Shown one piece after another: positions 57,475-64,000 of a DNA stretch of 64,000 nt; position 1 is the stretch's first letter; the number at the start of each line of letters is the position of its first letter. The notes beneath the pieces are model-generated. The model saw only the letters and a program-made list of their open reading frames with translations, was not told the DNA's origin and made no database searches. Source of the stretch: an uncultured delta proteobacterium (GTDB lineage Bacteria > Desulfobacterota > Binatia > Binatales > Binataceae); assembly GCA_963724765.1 (NCBI GenBank), contig CAVRVY010000004.1:1312001-1376000 (forward strand), given 5' to 3'. The translations under genes and the position numbers were made by a program.

Positions 57475-58832
57475 GCTGCTTTGGCATATCCCTGGCGCAG
57501 CGCCTGCTTGAGCCAGGTAATGCCCTCCTTCAACTCGGTCATGGAAATGATCGGCATGAATCGGGCGAACAGTGAGAACAGCATCACGAACCAGGCGAAG
57601 GAGCCCACGGTGATTCCCATTTCGGTGATCGACGGATGCCAGAAACGCCACTGCGAGGGCTCGAAATTGGTCGCCAGCGAGCCGGCGATGATCACGAAGC
57701 GCTCGAACCACATCCCGATGTTGACGAAAATCGTGATGATGAAAAGCGGGACGGTGCTGGTGCGGATGCGCGGTGAGAACAAGCTGAGCGGGATTACGCA
57801 GTTGCACGCGACCATCACCCAGAACATCCAGCCCCACGGCCCGAAATAGCGCATATGAAAGGTCATCAGCTCGATCGGGTCCTGGCTGTACCAGGCCATG
57901 AACGACTCGACCACGTATGAATAGCTGACGACGAGCGAGGTCAGCAGAACCACCTTGGCCAGGTTGTCCAGGTGCCAGGGCGTGATCAAATCCTCGAGAC
58001 CCATGATCCAGCGCATCGGTATAAGCAGCGTGATGACCAGCGCTACGCCCGAGAAGATCGCGCCGGCCACGAAGTACGGGGCGAAGATCGTGCTATGCCA
58101 GCCCGGCAACTGCGCCATCGCGAAATCCCAGCTCACCACGCTGTGCACCGAGAGCACCAGCGGCGTCGCCAGCCCCGCCATCAGCAGATAGGCCATCGAG
58201 AAGTGGCGCCACTGGCGGTCGCTGCCCTGCCATCCCAGTGCGGCGATGGTATAGAGCTTCTTGCGCCAGCCGGTTGCCACCTCGCGCACGTTAGCCACGT
58301 CCGGAATCAGGCCGGTGAACCAGAACAGAGCGCTAATCGTGAGATAGGTGCTGATGGCGAAAAAGTCCCAGGTCAGCGGCGAGCGGAAGTCAGGTTGCAG
58401 GAAGCGCTCGTTGGGATACGGCGCGAGCCAATAGAAGAACCACGGGCGGCCGAGATGGATGACCGGGAACAGACCGGCGGTGGCGACCGCGAAGATGGTC
58501 ATGGTTTCGGCGGCGCGATAGACGGCGGTGCGCCAGCGCGTGCGGAACAGGTAAAGAATTGCCGAGATCAGGGTGCCCGAGTGCGCGATACCGACCCAGA
58601 AGACGAAGTTGGTGATATACACCGCCCACATCACAGGGTCGCCCAGGCCAGTCACCTGCAGGCCATTGTAGATCTGATTGGTCCACAACCCCCCGGCCGT
58701 GAGGGTCAGCACCAGCAGAAACGCGATCCATAGCCAGAACTTCCAGCCGGGCGGCTGCAGGATCGCACGGACGCTGCGGTCGATATCCGCAAACGTCGGA
58801 TCCAAATTGATATCCTTTACCGCGGCAGCCAC
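57471..58832 (-). CDS. actC: Alternative complex III subunit ActC (NrfD/PsrC quinol-binding)
   Basis: NFVFWVGIAHSGTLISAIL, HLGRPW, FRSPL.WD, LSVHSVVSWDFA, GMWFERF. Confidence 0.95.
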   Translation of the reverse strand: MAAAVKDINLDPTFADIDRSVRAILQPPGWKFWLWIAFLLVLTLTAGGLWTNQIYNGLQVTGLGDPVMWAVYITNFVFWVGIAHSGTLISAILYLFRTRWRTAVYRAAETMTIFAVATAGLFPVIHLGRPWFFYWLAPYPNERFLQPDFRSPLTWDFFAISTYLTISALFWFTGLIPDVANVREVATGWRKKLYTIAALGWQGSDRQWRHFSMAYLLMAGLATPLVLSVHSVVSWDFAMAQLPGWHSTIFAPYFVAGAIFSGVALVITLLIPMRWIMGLEDLITPWHLDNLAKVVLLTSLVVSYSYVVESFMAWYSQDPIELMTFHMRYFGPWGWMFWVMVACNCVIPLSLFSPRIRTSTVPLFIITIFVNIGMWFERFVIIAGSLATNFEPSQWRFWHPSITEMGITVGSFAWFVMLFSLFARFMPIISMTELKEGITWLKQALRQGYAKAA

Positions 58833-61748
58833 TTACGCTTTTCCTTTCGTCTGATAGATGTCGCGCAGATAGGTCACGTTGGGCCCGACATTGATTTCTT
58901 CCAACACCAGGTACCTGCGAAGCTTGTTGTCGACCCGCCGCCGCATCATCGCGCTTTGCGGATCGTCCTCGTCGCCGAAGGTCATCGCCTTGGAGGGGCA
59001 GGCCTGCACGCAAGCCGGCTGAATCTCACCGTCGCGCACCGGACGTTTTTCGATGAGTGCGTTGAGCTCGGAGTACGTGATGCGCTGGATGCAGAAGGAA
59101 CACTTTTCCATCACGCCCGCGCCGCGCACCGCCACGTCGGGGTTGAGCTGCAGGTTCAGCGGCTCTTCCCATTCGGGCAGCGACCAGTTGAAGCGCCGCA
59201 CCTTGTAGGGACAGTTGTTGTTGCAGTAGCGGGTGCCGACGCAACGATTGTAAACCTGCTGGTTGAGCCCTTCCTTGGTATGCGCCGAGGCGAACACCGG
59301 GCACACCGGCTCGCATGGCGCGCGGTCGCACTGCTGACAGAGCATCGGCGCCACGTGCATCAGCGGCGCCTCTTCAGCCTTCTCCTTGGGCGGGAAGTAG
59401 CGCTCGACCCGAATCCACGACATGATCCGCCCTATCTCGACGTAGTCCTTGCCCACCACGTGGAGATTGTTCTCGGCATAACAGGCGGCCACGCAGGCGC
59501 TGCATCCGGTGCACGAATTGGTATCGATGGTCATCGCCCACTTGTGCACGGGGTACTCGTACGGCGCGTACAACTCATAGGGCTGCGGGGGCTTGGGTTC
59601 GTCGGATGGCGGCAGCACGCCCTTGGCGAGGTCGTCGATACTGATGGTCTGCACGATCCCGCGCTCCATCTGATCGGCCGCGAACGTCGGCGAGACCAGC
59701 CGGCGCACGTCGCCGGTCGGACGCGCCTTGACCGCGACCGCCCTGTCCCACTGCGGCAGCACCGACCAGACGTTGGCGCCCTTGCCGTTGGCATAGCGTC
59801 CGTAGGCGGTATGTCCCTGTCCGGTTGGCACCGCGAATACGCCGGGGCGGACGTGTTCGGAAATCATCGCGGGCACCGCGATCGCGCCGGCTGCCGAGCG
59901 CAGTTCGACGATCCCGTTTTGCGAAACGCCTAGGCTGCGCGCGGTGTCCGGATGGATCTGCACCCACGAGTCCCACACCAGTTGCACGACGGGCTCGGGA
60001 ATTTCCTGCAGCCAGGGCTTGTTGGCGCCGCGCCCGTCGTAGAAAAAGATATGCGGCACGGCGATCAGCGTGAACCCCGTAGGGGCCTGGGGCGCCGGCA
60101 CGTTGGCCTCGAAGACCTTGCTATCTAGCTTGACTGCGGCCGCCTTGACCTCTTCGTACTGACCGCCGTTGCGACGCGCCTTCTCCCAGAACTCGTCGAA
60201 CGTGCCGCCGGCCTTGGCGCCGACTTCCTGCCATGCCGCGTTGACTGCGTCGGCCGTGTTCTCCCATGGCACCTGTTCGGTCTTGGCGCCCCCGGCGTGG
60301 GCCGAGGCCAGCAGGAGGTCGCCGAGCGGGCGCGAGTCGAATACCCGCGCCATCACCGGCTGTCCCAGCCCGCGCACGCCGGCTCGCGGCTGCGTATCGT
60401 GCCAAGTCTCCAGCGCATGGTCAGTGGGGATGCGCAAATGAGCCGCCGCCGCGGTTTCATCGGGGACGGTGCCCATCCAAGCCACGAAACCGACCTTGCC
60501 CATTGCCTCGTTGAACTTTTGCGCAACCGGCATCGAGAACAGCGGATTGCCGCCCGCGATCACCAGCACGTCGACTTCGCCAGCCGCCATCGCCTTGACC
60601 ACGGCCTCGATGTCCTCTGGCGAGCTTGCGGGCGCCGGCGCACCGGCGGCGAAAACCACGGTCTTGCCGAAATTGCCGGTGACCGCATTGAGGATGGCGA
60701 CCGCGTTATGCAGGGCCGGGTCATCGGTGCCGGCCATCGCGACCGCACTCTCGGACTGACCCAACGACTCACCCATGCGCATGATCGACTCGGCCGATAC
60801 CCCGGTCTTCTGCGCCACCGTGGCCGGCTCGAAATCGGCGGTCAGTTTGCGTAGCGCGTCAAGGTCGACGCCCGAGTTATGCGACACCCATCCCTGCTTG
60901 ACCAGCACGTTGAGCACGCTCAATGCGACAGCCGCTTCGTCGCCCGGGGTGGTGGCGACCCACTCGTCGCACTTGGCCGCGGTCATGGTCATCACCGGGC
61001 CGACGTAGGTAGCTCGCGCAAGGGTCAACTGTCCGCGGCGCTGCTTGGGCGTGCGGAAGGCCGCGTATTGGCGATGGAATTCGACGGGCGAGACCCAGGT
61101 ACTCAGGAAATCGGCGCCGAAGGAAATCAGCGCGTCGGCCTGGTCGATACGATAGATAGGCAGGTCGTCGCGCCCGAAGCTGGCCTTGGCCGCGGTGCGG
61201 GCCGCGTACTCGGCGAGCCGCTCGTAAGTCACCATCCGGCTCGAGCCGTAGGCGGCGAGCCAAAGTTGCGCGATTTTGGTCTGGGTCGGACCCAGCGGTC
61301 CACTGATGAACGCGACCCTGTCCTTGCCAGCCTTGGCGGCCGCGTCAAGATGTTCGTTGAAAGTCTTGAGCGCTTCGTCCCAACTCGCCGGCTCAAAGGA
61401 TCCATTTTGGGCGCGACGCTGAGGTCCGGACAGACGGTCGGGGTTGTAAACTTCCTGCAGCGCGGCCTGGCCACGCGCGCATATGGAGCCCCGGCTTATC
61501 GGGTCAGCGGGATTGCCCTCCAGCTTGATCACCCGACCCTCGCGCACACGCGCCACCAATCCACATCCGGCCGGACACTCGGTACATGCCGTCGCGTAGA
61601 AGGTCGGCATGCCGGGAATCACGTTTTCGTCGGGGACGACGTAAGGAATCAGGTTGCGGGCGGCCGGCTCGCATCCCGGTATCGCCGCCGCTGCTCCAGC
61701 GGTGGCGGCGAGCTTGATAAACGACCGCCTGGACAAGCCCTCTGACAT
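58833..61748 (-). CDS. actB: Alternative complex III subunit ActB (molybdopterin-oxidoreductase-like + Fe-S domains)
   Basis: Tat SRRSFIK then PGC, EGRVIKLEGNP, CTGCSACVAAC.AEN, CQQC..APCEPVCP, RCVGTRYC.NNCPY, GVMEKCSFC. Confidence 0.93.
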   Translation of the reverse strand: MSEGLSRRSFIKLAATAGAAAAIPGCEPAARNLIPYVVPDENVIPGMPTFYATACTECPAGCGLVARVREGRVIKLEGNPADPISRGSICARGQAALQEVYNPDRLSGPQRRAQNGSFEPASWDEALKTFNEHLDAAAKAGKDRVAFISGPLGPTQTKIAQLWLAAYGSSRMVTYERLAEYAARTAAKASFGRDDLPIYRIDQADALISFGADFLSTWVSPVEFHRQYAAFRTPKQRRGQLTLARATYVGPVMTMTAAKCDEWVATTPGDEAAVALSVLNVLVKQGWVSHNSGVDLDALRKLTADFEPATVAQKTGVSAESIMRMGESLGQSESAVAMAGTDDPALHNAVAILNAVTGNFGKTVVFAAGAPAPASSPEDIEAVVKAMAAGEVDVLVIAGGNPLFSMPVAQKFNEAMGKVGFVAWMGTVPDETAAAAHLRIPTDHALETWHDTQPRAGVRGLGQPVMARVFDSRPLGDLLLASAHAGGAKTEQVPWENTADAVNAAWQEVGAKAGGTFDEFWEKARRNGGQYEEVKAAAVKLDSKVFEANVPAPQAPTGFTLIAVPHIFFYDGRGANKPWLQEIPEPVVQLVWDSWVQIHPDTARSLGVSQNGIVELRSAAGAIAVPAMISEHVRPGVFAVPTGQGHTAYGRYANGKGANVWSVLPQWDRAVAVKARPTGDVRRLVSPTFAADQMERGIVQTISIDDLAKGVLPPSDEPKPPQPYELYAPYEYPVHKWAMTIDTNSCTGCSACVAACYAENNLHVVGKDYVEIGRIMSWIRVERYFPPKEKAEEAPLMHVAPMLCQQCDRAPCEPVCPVFASAHTKEGLNQQVYNRCVGTRYCNNNCPYKVRRFNWSLPEWEEPLNLQLNPDVAVRGAGVMEKCSFCIQRITYSELNALIEKRPVRDGEIQPACVQACPSKAMTFGDEDDPQSAMMRRRVDNKLRRYLVLEEINVGPNVTYLRDIYQTKGKA

Positions 61749-61770
61749 TTGGATGGTCCCTCTCGCTCCT

Positions 61771-62295
61771 CTAGTGATGGCAGACGTAGCAGTCCTGGGT
61801 GGCTCCGCGCTTGGTATGGCAGTCGATGCAGAACCCCATGTTGATCTCATGCACCGGCTGGATTCTTTCCATCGTCTCCACCGGGCCGTGGCACGTCTGG
61901 CAGGCCACGCCGGCGTTGATATGCGGCCGATGCGTAAAGCGTACGAAGTCGGGCAACGTATAGACCCGGTTCCAGCGGATTTCGAAATTGGACTGTGTGT
62001 GATCGGTCCAGGGACGGGTCACTGGCAACAGCCCACCGCTCTTCTGGCTGCCGTGGCATCCTACGCAGCGCTGCACGGGCGGCACGCCAGAGGTCGAGGA
62101 GCGCCGCGCGTACTCGTGGCAATACTGGCAGGGGATTTTGTTAACCCCCGCGTGGATACGATGGCTGAAGGGTATCGGCTGCTGAACATCGTAAAGCGGG
62201 GCCCACGGCCGTTGCGAGAAGGCGATCACGCTCACCCCGCCGGCGAACATCACCAGGGCCAGCGTTAGTAATGTGCGGTTCAGATTCAGGTTCAT
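61771..62295 (-). CDS. actA: Alternative complex III pentaheme cytochrome c ActA
   Basis: QPIPFSH..H; five CxxCH (CQYCH, CVGCH, CQTCH, CIDCH, CYVCH); N-terminal TM. Confidence 0.92.
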   Translation of the reverse strand: MNLNLNRTLLTLALVMFAGGVSVIAFSQRPWAPLYDVQQPIPFSHRIHAGVNKIPCQYCHEYARRSSTSGVPPVQRCVGCHGSQKSGGLLPVTRPWTDHTQSNFEIRWNRVYTLPDFVRFTHRPHINAGVACQTCHGPVETMERIQPVHEINMGFCIDCHTKRGATQDCYVCHH

Positions 62296-62738
62296 TTCAA
62301 ATCCGGTAAAACGCTCCCCCCAAAGCCCGCGCGCGGCGCGGCCGTGCTGGGCCACGATGCGCACGCGGACACTGCCGCGTGCGCGACTCTATCTCCGCAC
62401 GCGGGATCAACCGGCCTGGCCGCGCACTCAATTCTCAAGCTCTCAAGTCTCATGCAAGCCGGGATTACGAAACCGCAAACGGCAAGATAACTAACATTGC
62501 TCGGTGCGTTCGGCAAGAGAAAGTAATGACCAAAAATAAATTTCGGTTTGCGCGCCCGCGCCACCTTCTCCGGCAGTGCCTCGTATAGTCCGGAGCGCGG
62601 TTGGACGCGCGCGCCAGCGCGAGGTTGCCCACAGGTACCGCGATGGGCTGTGGGCAGGCGCGGTCAAGCGATGTTTGTGTGCCGGGCCAAGTGTGGTAAG
62701 TAGTGTACGAACTGAAATCCGGAGACCAGCTCACAAAG

Positions 62739-63905
62739 GTGCAGATAAAGCCCGCCGCCAGACTCGGACTGCTGCCGCCATATCTTTTCGCCGAACTCGA
62801 CCGTCTGAAAAAAGAGGTCCAGCAACGGGGCGTCGACGTCATCAGCCTCGGCATCGGCGACCCCGATCTGCCCACGCCGGCCCATATCGTCGCGCGTCTG
62901 CAGTCAGCCGCCGCCGACCCGGTCAACCATCGCTATCCCGACTACGAGGGGCTCGAACGCTTTCGCGCCGCCGCCTCCGGATGGTATCGGCGCCGCTTCG
63001 AGATCAAACTCGACCCGGCCCGCGAGGTCTGCGCGCTGCTTGGCTCCAAAGAAGGAATCGCCAATTTTCCGACGGCGGTCGTCGACCCGGGCGATATCGT
63101 GCTCATCCCCGACCCCGGCTATCCGGTGTATTATTCGGGATGCGTGTTCAATGGGGGCGAGCCCTACTTCATGCGGCTCAGCAAGCAGAATGCTTTTTTG
63201 CCGGATCTGGCAGCGATTCCCGCCGAGGTCGCTGGCCGGGCCAAGCTGATGTGGATCAATTATCCGAACAACCCGACCGCGGCGACTGCAGAGCGTTCCT
63301 TCCTAAAGGACGCGGTTGATTTCTGTCTCAAGCACAACATCATTCTCGCCCACGACTTCGCCTACTCCGAGATCGCGTTTGACGGCTATCGTGCGCCGAG
63401 CGTGCTCGAGATCGACGGCGCGCGCGAATGCGCGGTCGAGTTCCATTCGCTGTCCAAGACCTACTCGATGACCGGATGGCGGGTCGGATTCGTGGTCGGC
63501 AACGCGGCGGCCGTCAGCGCGATGGGTAAGGTCAAGACCAATATCGACTCTGGCGTCTTTCAGGCGGTGCAGGAGGCGGCTATCGCGGCCCTGGAGGGCA
63601 GCGAGGACACGCTGCACGAATACTGCGCCATCTACCAGCAAAGACGCGACCTGATGGTCGACGCGGTGCGCAGCCTGGGCCTGGAATGCGCGAAGCCGCG
63701 TGCGACCTTCTATATCTGGGCCGAGGTTCCCAAGGGCTACACCTCGGTGTCTTTCACCGAGCGCGTGATTAAGGAGACCGGCGTGGTGGTGACGCCGGGT
63801 TCCGGATTCGGCAAGGGTGGCGAGGGATTCGTTCGCTTTTCGCTGACGGTGGCGAACGATCGGTTGAAAGAGGCTGTGGAACGAATCAAGGCGTTGCGGT
63901 TTTAA
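62739..63905 (+). CDS. dapL: LL-diaminopimelate aminotransferase (class I/II PLP)
   Basis: LPPYLFA, LGIGDPD.PTP, GSKEGI, NYPNNPT, SLSKTYSMTGWRVG; start GTG 62739. Confidence 0.85.
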   Translation: MQIKPAARLGLLPPYLFAELDRLKKEVQQRGVDVISLGIGDPDLPTPAHIVARLQSAAADPVNHRYPDYEGLERFRAAASGWYRRRFEIKLDPAREVCALLGSKEGIANFPTAVVDPGDIVLIPDPGYPVYYSGCVFNGGEPYFMRLSKQNAFLPDLAAIPAEVAGRAKLMWINYPNNPTAATAERSFLKDAVDFCLKHNIILAHDFAYSEIAFDGYRAPSVLEIDGARECAVEFHSLSKTYSMTGWRVGFVVGNAAAVSAMGKVKTNIDSGVFQAVQEAAIAALEGSEDTLHEYCAIYQQRRDLMVDAVRSLGLECAKPRATFYIWAEVPKGYTSVSFTERVIKETGVVVTPGSGFGKGGEGFVRFSLTVANDRLKEAVERIKALRF

Positions 63906-63914
63906 ACGGCGGGG

Positions 63915-64000
63915 ATGCCCCATAGGGCTTTCATCGGTTTAGGGACTAATCTCGGCGACAGGGCGGCCAATTATCGTGAGGCCGTCCAGCGCATCGTGGC
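63915..64000 (+). CDS. folK: 2-amino-4-hydroxy-6-hydroxymethyldihydropteridine diphosphokinase, partial (runs off window)
   Basis: MPHRAFIGLGTNLGDRAANY matches the FolK N-terminal motif. Confidence 0.8.
   Translation, partial: MPHRAFIGLGTNLGDRAANYREAVQRIV

Noticed and set aside
58833-61748. Stand-alone catalytic molybdoenzyme such as a nitrate or polysulfide reductase
   Set aside because: The fused Fe-S domain with the CVGTRYC motif and the actA/C/D/F context identify it as ActB
1-64000. tRNA, rRNA, riboswitch, IS, prophage or defence system
   Set aside because: No recognisable motifs by eye; a covariance-model search was not possible, so small RNAs cannot be excluded

Overview
High-GC bacterial chromosomal window made mostly of core genes of a diderm bacterium. 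Gene content and order (hpnN-like RND transporter, lolC/E-lolD-bamA-skp-fabZ-lpxA-lpxI, yicC-gmk-rel-ridA, dapL-folK) resemble Deltaproteobacteria-related lineages such as Ca. Binatota or Myxococcota; this is inference. Main blocks: (1) a 1-10.8 kb mix of small redox and repair genes (mug, nitroreductase, moaA, ABC ATPase, HpnN-like MMPL, double DUF971, flavin reductase, IDH/IPMDH-family dehydrogenase); (2) a 10.9-29.4 kb envelope and lipid A supercluster with a lone gspD secretin, a GnnA-like dehydrogenase and a Kdo kinase, but no lpxD or gnnB; (3) rel/gmk/yicC plus LPS core glycosyltransferases and kinase; (4) an orphan nuoA, an ArsS-type radical SAM gene, acyl-CoA dehydrogenase, gpsA and dapB; (5) a ~12.5 kb alternative complex III (actABCDF) plus caa3-type oxidase operon lying between dapB and dapL. 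The most unusual items are in this last block: no ActE, an ActB retaining an N-terminal Fe-S motif, fused oxidase subunits I+III, and a downstream internally duplicated His-containing membrane protein. Other notable items are a probable ATA start for lpxA, a ferritin-like/DUF1272 fusion next to a frameshifted MOSC gene, and a symmetric double DUF971 protein. I saw no rRNA, tRNA, CRISPR array, integrase or transposase. All calls come from motif recognition by eye; no database searches were run.
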